64,000 nucleotides of DNA from Eledone cirrhosa. Its lineage: Eukaryota. The stretch lies in assembly GCA_964016885.1 (NCBI GenBank), contig OZ024743.1, positions 129,022,001 through 129,086,000 on the forward strand. The letters are read 5' to 3'. The position numbers were made by a program, and so were the translations under genes. This document shows positions 1 through 12,639 of the stretch, piece after piece; position 1 is the first letter of the stretch, and each line of letters opens with the position of its first letter. The notes beneath the pieces were generated by a model, which saw only the letters and a list, made by a program, of their open reading frames with translations, was not told the DNA's origin and did not search any database.

Positions 1-1333
1 CCAAACACCAAACACCAAACACCAAACACCAAACAACATACAGCAAACACCAAACACCAAAAAGCAAACACCAAACACCAAACAGCAAACACCAAACAAC
101 AAACACCAAACAACAAACACCAAACAGCAAACAGCAAACACCAAACACCAAGCACCAAGCACCAAACACTAAGCACCAAACACCAAGCACCAAGCACCAA
201 ACACCAAACACTAAGCACCAAGCACCAAACAATAAGCACCAAGCACCAAACACCAAGCACCAAACACCAAGCACCAAACACCAAGCACCAAGCACCAAGC
301 ACCAAACACCAAGCACCAAACACCAAGCACCAAACACCAAGCACCAAGCACCAAACACCAAGCACGAAGCACCAAACACCAAGAACCAAGCACCAAGCAC
401 CAAGTACAAACACCAAGCACCAAACACCAAACACCAAGCACGAAGCACCAAACACCAAGCACCAATCACCAAGCACCAAACACCAAGCAGCCAGCAGCAA
501 GCACCAAACACCAAGCACCAAGCACCAAAAACCAGACACCAAGCACCAAGCACCAAACACCTAACACCAAGCACCAAGCACCAAGTACCAAGCACCAAAC
601 ACCAAGCACCAAACACCAAAGACCAAGCACCAAGCACCAAGCACCAAGCACCAAACACCAAGCACCAAACACCAAGCACCAAACACCAAGCACCAAGCAC
701 CAAACACCAAGCACCAAGCACCAAACACCAAGCACCAAGCACCAAGCATCAAACACCAAGCACCAAACACCAAACACCAAGCACCAAGCACCAAGCATCA
801 AACAACAAGCATATAACACCAAACACCAAGCACCAAGCACCCAGCACCAAACACCAAGCACCAAGCACCAAGCAAAAAGCACCAAACACCAAGCACCAAA
901 CACCAAACACCAAGCACCAAACACCAAACACCAAGCACCAAGCACCAAACACGTAACACCAAGCACCAAACACCAAGCACCAAACACCAACCACCAAACA
1001 CCAAGCACCAAGCACCAAGCACCAAGCACCAAACACCAAGCACCAAACACCAAGCACCAAACACCTAACACCAAGCACCAAGCACCAAGTACCAAGCACC
1101 AAACACCAAGCACCAAACACCAAACACCAAGCACCAAACACCAAACACCAAGCACCAAGCACCAAACACCTAACACCAACCACCAAACACCAACCACCAA
1201 ACACCAAGCACCAAGGACCAAGCACCAAGCACCAAGCACCAAATACCAAGCACCAAACACCAAGCACCAAACACCAAGCACCAAGTACAAACACCAAGCA
1301 CCAAGCACCAAACACCAAGCACCAAGCATCAAA

Positions 1334-4300
1334 CACCAAACACCAAACACCAAGCACCAAGCACCAAGCACCAAGCATCAAACACCAAGCATATAACACC
1401 AAACACCAAGCACCAAGCACCAAACACCAAGAACCAAGCACCAAGCACCAAGTAGAAACACCAATGACCAAGCACCAAACACCAAACACCAAGCACCAAA
1501 CACCAAGCACCAAGCACCAAGCATCAAACACCAAACACCAAGCACCAAGCATCAAACACCAAACACCAAGCACCAAACACCAAGCACAAATCACCATGCA
1601 TCAAACACCAAGCAGCCAGCAGCAAGCACCAAACACCAAACACCATACACCAAGCACCAAAAACAAAACACCAAGCACCAAGCACCAAACACCAAGCACC
1701 AATCACCAAACACCAAGCACCAAGCACCAAGCACCAAACACAAAGCACCAAAGACCAAGCACCAAGCACCAAACACCAAGCACCCAGCACCAAAAACCAA
1801 GCACCCAGCACCAAACACCAAGCGCCAAACACCAACCACCAAGCACCAAGCACCAAACACCAAACACCAAGCACCAAGCACCAACCACCAAACACCAAGC
1901 ACCAAGCACCAAGCACCAAGCACCAAACACCAAGCACCAAACACCAAGCACCAAGCACCAAGCACCAAACACCAAGCACCAAGCACCAAGCATCAAACAC
2001 CAAACACCAAGCACCAAACACCAAACACCAAGCACCAAAAACCAAACACCAAGCAGCCAGCAGCAAGCACCAAACACCATACACCAAGCACCAAGCACCA
2101 AACACCAAGCACCAAGCACCAAACACCAAGCACCAAAGACCAAGCACCAAGCACCAAATACCAAGCACCCAGCACCAAACACCAAGCACCCAGCACCAAA
2201 CACCAAGCACCAAACACCAACCACCCAGCACCAAGCACCAAACACCAAGCACCAAGCACCAAACACCAAGCACCAGACACCAAGCACCAAACACCAAACA
2301 CCAAACACCAAGCACCAAACACCAAACACCAAGCACCAGACACCAAGCACCAAACACCAAACACCAAACACCAAGCACCAAGCACCAAACACCAAACACC
2401 AAACACCAAGCACCAAACACCAAACACCAAGCACCAAAAACCAAACACCAAGCACCAGACACCAAGCACCAAACACCAAACACCAAGCACCAAACACCAA
2501 ACACCAAGCACCAAGCACCAAACACCAAGCACCAAAGACCAGACACCAAACAGCAAACACCAAACACCATACAGCAAACACTAAACACCAAAAAGCAGAC
2601 ACCAAACAGCAAACACCAAACACGAAACACCAAACACCAAACAGCAAACACCAAACACCAAGCACCAAACACCAAGGACCAAGCACCAAACACCTAACAC
2701 CAAGCACCAAGCACCAAGCACCAAACACCAAGCACCAAACACCAAACATCAAGCACCAAGCACCAAGTACCAAACACCAAGAACCAAGAACCAAACACCA
2801 AGCACCAAGCACCAAGTACAAACACCAAGTACCAAGCACCAAGCACCAAGCACCAAACACCAAGAACCAAGCACCCAACACAAAACACCAAGCACCAAGC
2901 ACCAAGCATCAAACACCAAGCAGCAAACACCAACCACCAAGCACCAAGCACCAAACACAAAGCACCCAGCACCAAACACCAAGGACCAAGCACCAAGCAC
3001 CAAAAACCAAACACCAAACACAAAACACAAAGCACCAAGCACCAAACACCAAACTCCAAGCACCAAGCACCAAACACCAAACACCAAGCACCAAGCACCA
3101 GGCACCAAACACCAAGCACCAAGCACCAAACACCAAGCACCAAGCACCAAACACCAAACGCCAAACACCAAACACCAAGAACCAAGAACCAAACACCAAT
3201 CACCAAGCACCAAGTACAAACACCAAGCACCAAGCTCCAAGCACCAAACACCAAGCACCAAGCACCAAGCGCAAAACACCAAGCACCAAGCACCAAGCAT
3301 CAAACACCAAGCAGCAAACACCAAACACCAAGCACCAAGCACCAAGCACCAAGCACCAAACACAATGCACCCAGCACCAAACACCAAGGACCAAGCACCA
3401 AGCACCAAGCACCAAAAACCAAACACGAAACACGAAACACCAAGCACCAAGCACCAAACACCAAACACCAAACACCAAACAGCAAACAACATACATCAAA
3501 CACCAAACACCAAAAAGCAAACACCAAACACCAAACAGCAAACACCAAACAACAAACACCAAACAGCAAACACCAAACACCAAACACCAAGCACCAGGCA
3601 CCAAACACCAAGCACCAAGCACCAAACACCAAGCACCTAGCACCAAACACCAAGCACCAAACACCAAGTACAAACACCAAGCACCAAACACCAAACACCA
3701 AGCACCAAACACCAAGCACCAATCACCAAGCACCAAACACCAAGCAGCCAGCAACAAGCACCAAACACCAAGCACCAAGCACCAAAAACCAGACACCAAG
3801 CACCAAGCACCAAACACCTAACACCAAGCACCAAAAACCAGACACCAAGCACCAAGCACCAAACACCTAACACCAAGCACCAAGCACCAACCACCAAACA
3901 CCAAGCACCAAGCACCAAACACCAAGCACCAAACACCAAGCACCAAGCACCAAACACCAAGCACCAAGCACCAAACACCAAGCACCAAGCACCAAGCATC
4001 AAACACCAAGCACCAAACACCAAACACCAAGCACCAAGCACCAAGCATCAAACACCAAGCATATAACACCAAACACCAAGCACCAAGCACCCAGCACCAA
4101 ACACCAAGCACCAAGCACCAAGCAAAAAGCACCAAACACCAAGCACCAAACACCAAACACCAAGCACCAAACACCAAACACCAAGCACCAAGCACCAAAC
4201 ACCTAACACCAAGCACCAAACACCAAGCACCAAACACCAAACACCAAGCACCAAAAACCAAACACCAAGCACCAGACATCAAGCACCAAACACCAAACAC

Positions 4301-4737
4301 TAAGCACCAAACACCAAACACCAAGCACCAAGCACCAAACACCAAACACCAAGCACCAAGCACCAAACACCAAGCACCAAAGACCAAACACCAAACAGCA
4401 AACACCAAACACCATACAGCAAACACTAAACACCAAAAAGCAGACACCAAACAGCAAACACCAAACACGAAACACCAAACACCAAACAGCAAACACCAAA
4501 CACCAAGCACCAAACACCAAGGACCAAGCACCAAACACCTAACACCAAGCACCAAGCACCAAGCACCAAACACCAAACGCCAAACACCAAACACCAAGAA
4601 CCAAGAACCAAACACCAATCACCAAGCACCAAGTACAAACACCAAGCACCAAGCTCCAAGCACCAAACACCAAGCACCAAGCACCAAGCGCAAAACACCA
4701 AGCACCAAGCACCAAGCATCAAACACCAAGCAGCAAA
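1334..4737. repeat. ~3.4-kb higher-order unit, copy 1 of a tandem duplication
   Basis: Rare markers recur at +3404: TAGAAA 1453/4857, ATGCAT 1596/5000, ORFs 1464/4868, 1524/4928, 2694/6098. Later markers recur at +3502: ORFs 3999/7501, 4048/7550, 4203/7705. Confidence 0.9.
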
Positions 4738-7700
4738 CACCAAACACCAAACACCAAGCACCAAGCACCAAGCACCAAGCATCAAACACCAAGCATATAA
4801 CACCAAACACCAAGCACCAAGCACCAAACACCAAGAACCAAGCACCAAGCACCAAGTAGAAACACCAATGACCAAGCACCAAACACCAAACACCAAGCAC
4901 CAAACACCAAGCACCAAGCACCAAGCATCAAACACCAAACACCAAGCACCAAGCATCAAACACCAAACACCAAGCACCAAACACCAAGCACAAATCACCA
5001 TGCATCAAACACCAAGCAGCCAGCAGCAAGCACCAAACACCAAACACCATACACCAAGCACCAAAAACAAAACACCAAGCACCAAGCACCAAACACCAAG
5101 CACCAATCACCAAACACCAAGCACCAAGCACCAAGCACCAAACACAAAGCACCAAAGACCAAGCACCAAGCACCAAACACCAAGCACCCAGCACCAAAAA
5201 CCAAGCACCCAGCACCAAACACCAAGCGCCAAACACCAACCACCAAGCACCAAGCACCAAACACCAAACACCAAGCACCAAGCACCAACCACCAAACACC
5301 AAGCACCAAGCACCAAGCACCAAGCACCAAACACCAAGCACCAAACACCAAGCACCAAGCACCAAGCACCAAACACCAAGCACCAAGCACCAAGCATCAA
5401 ACACCAAACACCAAGCACCAAACACCAAACACCAAGCACCAAAAACCAAACACCAAGCAGCCAGCAGCAAGCACCAAACACCATACACCAAGCACCAAGC
5501 ACCAAACACCAAGCACCAAGCACCAAACACCAAGCACCAAAGACCAAGCACCAAGCACCAAATACCAAGCACCCAGCACCAAACACCAAGCACCCAGCAC
5601 CAAACACCAAGCACCAAACACCAACCACCCAGCACCAAGCACCAAACACCAAGCACCAAGCACCAAACACCAAGCACCAGACACCAAGCACCAAACACCA
5701 AACACCAAACACCAAGCACCAAACACCAAACACCAAGCACCAGACACCAAGCACCAAACACCAAACACCAAACACCAAGCACCAAGCACCAAACACCAAA
5801 CACCAAACACCAAGCACCAAACACCAAACACCAAGCACCAAAAACCAAACACCAAGCACCAGACACCAAGCACCAAACACCAAACACCAAGCACCAAACA
5901 CCAAACACCAAGCACCAAGCACCAAACACCAAGCACCAAAGACCAAACACCAAACAGCAAACACCAAACACCATACAGCAAACACTAAACACCAAAAAGC
6001 AGACACCAAACAGCAAACACCAAACACGAAACACCAAACACCAAACAGCAAACACCAAACACCAAGCACCAAACACCAAGGACCAAGCACCAAACACCTA
6101 ACACCAAGCACCAAGCACCAAGCACCAAACACCAAGCACCAAACACCAAACATCAAGCACCAAGCACCAAGTACCAAACACCAAGAACCAAGAACCAAAC
6201 ACCAAGCACCAAGCACCAAGTACAAACACCAAGTACCAAGCACGAAGCACCAAGCACCAAACACCAAGAACCAAGCACCCAACACAAAACACCAAGCACC
6301 AAGCACCAAGCATCAAACACCAAGCAGCAAACACCAACCACCAAGCACCAAGCACCAAACACAAAGCACCCAGCACCAAACACCAAGGACCAAGCACCAA
6401 GCACCAAAAACCAAACACCAAACACAAAACACAAAGCACCAAGCACCAAACACCAAACTCCAAGCACCAAGCACCAAACACCAAACACCAAGCACCAAGC
6501 ACCAGGCACCAAACACCAAGCACCAAGCACCAAACACCAAGCACCAAGCACCAAACACCAAACGCCAAACACCAAACACCAAGAACCAAGAACCAAACAC
6601 CAATCACCAAGCACCAAGTACAAACACCAAGCACCAAGCTCCAAGCACCAAACACCAAGCACCAAGCACCAAGCGCAAAACACCAAGCACCAAGCACCAA
6701 GCATCAAACACCAAGCAGCAAACACCAAACACCAAGCACCAAGCACCAAGCACCAAGCACCAAACACAATGCACCCAGCACCAAACACCAAGGACCAAGC
6801 ACCAAGCACCAAACACCAAAAACCAAACACGAAACACGAAACACCAAGCACCAAGCACCAAACACCAAACTCCAAGCACCAAGGACCAAACACCAAACAC
6901 CAAGCACCATGCACCAAGCACCAGGCACCAAACACCAAGCACCAAGCACCAAACACCAAGCACCAAGCACCAAACACCAAACACCAAACACCAAACAGCA
7001 AACAACATACATCAAACACCAAACACCAAAAAGCAAACACCAAACACCAAACAGCAAACACCAAACAACAAACACCAAACAGCAAACAGCAAACACCAAA
7101 CACCAAGCACCAAGCACCAAACACCAAACACCAAACACCAAGCACCAGGCACCAAACACCAAGCACCAAGCACCAAACACCAAGCACCTAGCACCAAACA
7201 CCAAGCACCAAACACCAAGTACAAACACCAAGCACCAAACACCAAACACCAAGCACCAAACACCAAGCACCAATCACCAAGCACCAAACACCAAGCAGCC
7301 AGCAACAAGCACCAAACACCAAGCACCAAGCACCAAAAACCAGACACCAAGCACCAAGCACCAAACACCTAACACCAAGCACCAAGCACCAACCACCAAA
7401 CACCAAACACCAAGCACCAAACACCAAGCACCAAACACCAAGCACCAAGCACCAAACACCAAGCACCAAGCACCAAACACCAAGCACCAAGCACCAAGCA
7501 TCAAACACCAAGCACCAAACACCAAACACCAAGCACCAAGCACCAAGCATCAAACACCAAGCATATAACACCAAACACCAAGCACCAAGCACCCAGCACC
7601 AAACACCAAGCACCAAGCACCAAGCAAAAAGCACCAAACACCAAGCACCAAACACCAAACACCAAGCACCAAACACCAAACACCAAGCACCAAGCACCAA

Positions 7701-8240
7701 ACACCTAACACCAAGCACCAAACACCAAGCACCAAACACCAAACACCAAGCACCAAAAACCAAACACCAAGCACCAGACATCAAGCACCAAACACCAAAC
7801 ACTAAGCACCAAACACCAAACACCAAGCACCAAGCACCAAACACCAAACACCAAGCACCAAGCACCAAACACCAAGCACCAAAGACCAAACACCAAACAG
7901 CAAACACCAAACACCATACAGCAAACACTAAACACCAAAAAGCAGACACCAAACAGCAAACACCAAACACGAAACACCAAACACCAAACAGCAAACACCA
8001 AACACCAAGCACCAAACACCAAGGACCAAGCACCAAACACCTAACACCAAGCACCAAGCACCAAGCACCAAACACCAAACGCCAAACACCAAACACCAAG
8101 AACCAAGAACCAAACACCAATCACCAAGCACCAAGTACAAACACCAAGCACCAAGCTCCAAGCACCAAACACCAAGCACCAAGCACCAAGCGCAAAACAC
8201 CAAGCACCAAGCACCAAGCATCAAACACCAAGCAGCAAAC
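4738..8240. repeat. ~3.5-kb higher-order unit, copy 2 (net 98 bp = 14 units longer than copy 1)
   Basis: Near-identical to 1334-4737. The offset shifts from 3404 to 3502 across about 6870-7370, where this copy has extra units such as CTCCAAG..GACCAAA..CACCATG at about 6870-6915. Confidence 0.88.
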
Positions 8241-11200
8241 ACCAAACACCAAGCACCAAGCACCAAGCACCAAGCACCAAACACAATGCACCCAGCACCA
8301 AACACCAAGGACCAAGCACCAAGCACCAAGCACCAAAAACCAAACACGAAACACGAAACACCAAGCACCAAGCACCAAACACCAAACTCCAAGCACCAAG
8401 CACCAAACACCAAACACCAAGCACCATGCACCAAGCACCAGGCACCAAACACCAAGCACCAAGCACCAAACACCAAGCACCAAGCACCAAACACCAAACA
8501 CCAAACACCAAACAGCAAACAACATACATCAAACACCAAACACCAAAAAGCAAACACCAAACAGCAAACACCAAACAACAAACACCAAACAACAAACACC
8601 AAACAGCAAACAGCAAACACCAAACACCAAGCACCAAGCACCAAACTCCAAACACCAAACACCAAGCACCAGGCACCAAACACCAAGCACCAAGCACCAA
8701 ACACCAAGCACCTAGCACCAAACAACAAGCACCAAACACCAAGTACAAACACCAAGCACCAAACACCAAACACCAAGCACCAAACACCAAGCACCAATCA
8801 CCAAGCACCAAACACCAAGCAGCCAGCAACAAGCACTAAACACCAAGCACCAAGCACCAAAAACCAGACACCAAGCACCAAGCACCAAACACCTAACACC
8901 AAGCACCAAGCACCAACCACCAAACACCAAGCACCAAGCACCAAACACCAAGCACCAAACACCAAGCACCAAGCACCAAACACCAAGCACCAAGCACCAA
9001 ACACCAAGCACCAAGCACCAAGCATCAAACACCAAGCACCAAACACCAAACACCAAGCACCAAGCACCAAGCATCAAACACCAAGCATATAACCCCAAAC
9101 ACCAAGCACCAAGCACCCAGCACCAAACACCAAGCACCAAGCACCAAGCAAAAAGCACCAAACACCAAGCACCAAACACCAAACACCAAGCACCAAGCAC
9201 CAAACACCTAACACCAAGCACCAAACACCAAGCACAAAACACCAACCACCAAACACCAAGCACCAAGCACCAAGCACCAAGCACCAAACACCAAGCACCA
9301 AACACCAAGCACCAAACACCTAACACCAAGCACCAAGCACCAAGTACCAAGCACCAAACACCAAGCACCAAACACCAAACACCAAGCACCAAACACCAAA
9401 CACCAAGCACCAAGCACCAAACACCTAACACCAAGCACCAAACACCAACCACCAAACACCAAGCACCAAGGACCAAGCACCAAGCACCAAGCACCAAGCA
9501 CCAAACACCAAGCACCAAGCACCAAGCACCAAGTACAAACACCAAGCACCAAGCACCAAACACCAAGCACCAAGCATCAAACACCAAACACCAAACACCA
9601 AGCACCAAGCACCAAGCATCAAACACCAAGCATATAACACCAAACACCAAGCACCAAGCACCAAACACCAAGAACCAAGCACCAAGCACCAAGTACGAAC
9701 ACCAATCACCAAGCACCAAACACCAAACACCAAGCACCAAACACCAAGCACCAATCACCAAGCACCAAACACCAAGCAGCCAGCAGCAAGCACCAAACAC
9801 CAAACACCAAGCACCAAGCACCAAAAACCAGACACCAAGCACCAAGCACCAAACACCTAACACCAAGCACCAAGCACCAAGTACCAAGCACCAAACACCA
9901 AGCACCAAACACCAAACACCAAGCACCAAACAGCAAACACCAAGCACCAAGCACCAAACACCTAACACCAAGCACCAAGCACCAACCACCAAACACCAAG
10001 CACCAAGCACCAAGCACCAAGCACCAAACACCAAGCACCAAACACCAAGCACCAAACAACAAGCACCAAACACCAAGCACCAAGCACCAAACACCAAGCA
10101 CCAAGCACCAAGCATCAAACACCAAACACCAAGCACCAAACACCAAGCACCAATCACCATGCATCAAACACCAAGCAGCCAGCAGCAAGCACCAAACACC
10201 AAACACCAAGCACCAAGCACCAAAAACCAAACACCAAGCACCAAGCACCAAACGCCAAGCACCAAGCACCAAACACCAAGCACCAAGCACCAAGCACCAA
10301 ACACCAAGCACCAAAGACCAAGCACCAAGCACCAAACACCAAGCACCCAGCACCAAACACCAAGCACCCAGCACCAAACACCAAGCACCAAACACCAACC
10401 ACCCAGCACCAAGCACCAAACACCAAGCACCAAGCATCAAACACCAAGCACCCAGCACCAAACACCAAGCACCCAGCCCCAAACACCAAGCACCAAACAC
10501 CAACCACCCAGCACCAAACACCAAGCACCAAGCACCAAACACAAAACACCAAGCACCAAGCACCAAGCACCAAACACCAAGCACCAAGCACCAAGCACCA
10601 AACACAAAACACCAAGCACCAAGCACCAAGCATCAAACACCAAGCAGCAAACACCAAACACCAAGCACCAAGCACCAAGCACCAAGCACCAAACACAATG
10701 CACCCAGCACCAAACACCAAGGACCAAGCACCAAGCACCAAGCACCAAAAACCAAACACGAAACACGAAACACCAAGCACCAAGCACCAAACACCAAACT
10801 CCAAGCACCAAGCACCAAACACCAAACACCAAGCACCAGGCACCAAACACCAAGCACCAAGCACCAAACACCAAGCACCAAGCACCAAACACCAAACACC
10901 AAGCACCAAGCACCAAGCACCAAACACCAAACACCAAACACCAAGCACCAAACACCAAACACCAAGCACCAGACACCAAGCACCAAACACCAAACACCAA
11001 ACACCAAGCACCAAACACCAAACACCAAACACCAGACACCAAGTACCAAACACCAAACACCAAACACCAAGCACCAAGCACCAAACACCAAACACCAAGC
11101 ACCAAAGACCAAACACCAAACAGCAAACACCAAACACCATACAGCAAACACTAAACACCAAAAAGCAGACACCAAACAGCAAACACCAAACACGAAACAC

Positions 11201-12639
11201 CAAACACCAAACAGCAAACACCAAACACCAAGCACCAAACACCAAGGACCAAGCACCAAACACCTAACACCAAGCACCAAGCACCAAGCACCAAACACCA
11301 AGCACCAAACACCAAACATCAAGCACCAAGCACCAAGTACCAAACACCAAGAACCAAGAACCAAACACCAAGCACCAAGCACCAAGTACAAACACCAAGT
11401 ACCAAGCACCAAGCACCAAACACCAAGAACCAAGCACCAAACACAAAACACCAAGCACCAAGCACCAAGCATCAAACACCAAGCAGCAAACACCAAACAC
11501 CAAGCACCAAGCACCAAACACAAAGCACCCAGCACCAAACACCAAGGACCAAGCACCAAGCACCAAAAACCAAACACCAAACACAAAACACAAAGCACCA
11601 AGCACCAAACACCAAACAACAAGCACCAAGCACCAAACACCAAACACCAAGCACCAAGCACCAGGCACCAAACACCAAGCACCAAGCACCAAACACCAAG
11701 CACCAAGCACCAAACACCAAACGCCAAACACCAAACACCAAGAACCAAGAACCAAACACCAATCACCAAGCACCAAGTACAAACACCAAGCACCAAGCTC
11801 CAAGCACCAAACACCAAGCACCAAGCACCAAGCGCAAAACACCAAGCACCAAGCACCAAGCATCAAACACCAAGCAGCAAACACCAAACACCAAGTACTA
11901 AGCACCAAGCACCAAGCACCAAACAATGCACCCAGCACCAAACACCAAGGACCAAGCACCAAGCACCAAGCACCAAAAACCAAACACGAAACACGAAACA
12001 CCAAGCACCAAGCACCAAACACCAAACTCCAAGCACCAAGGACCAAACACCAAACACCAAGCACCATGCACCAAGCACCAGGCACCAAACACCAAGCACC
12101 AAGCACCAAACACCAAGCACCAAGCACCAAACACCAAACACCAAACACCAAACAGCAAACAACATACATCAAACACCAAACACCAAAAAGCAAACACCAA
12201 ACACCAAACAGCAAACACCAAACAACAAACACCAAACAGCAAACAGCAAACACCAAACACCAAGCACCAAGCACCAAACACCAAACACCAAACACCAAGC
12301 ACCAGGCACCAAACACCAAGCACCAAGCACCAAACACCAAGCACCTAGCACCAAACACCAAGCACCATAAACCAAGTACAAACACCAAGCACCAAACACC
12401 AAACACCAAGCACCAAACACCAAGCACCAATCACCAAGCACCAAACACCAAGCAGCCAGCAACAAGCACCAAACACCAAGCACCAAGCACCAAAAACCAG
12501 ACACCAAGCACCAAGCACCAAACACCTAACACCAAGCACCAAGCACCAAGCACCAAACACCAAGCACCAAGCACCAAACACCAAGCACCAAACACCAAGC
12601 ACCAAGCACCAAACACCAAGCACCAAGCACCAAACACCA

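Noticed and set aside
808-820. CATATAA as a TATA-box-like promoter element (recurs dozens of times)
   Set aside because: It is a substituted heptamer within module B, lacks the full TATAAA consensus, and has no downstream gene.
2215-2235. Chi-like motif (CCACCCAGC versus E. coli Chi complement CCACCAGC)
   Set aside because: It is not an exact match, arises trivially from adjacent CACCAAC and CACCCAG variants, and nothing indicates a bacterial context.
1464-7372. Long + strand ORFs (785 and 834 aa; also 713 and 869 aa at 31.5-36.8 kb) resembling mucin-like or heptad-repeat proteins
   Set aside because: The consensus has no T, so stop codons are rare by construction. Stops from CACCTAA, CATATAA and CACCTAG hit all frames, hexamers shift the frame freely, and there is no signal peptide, unique domain or codon-position bias.
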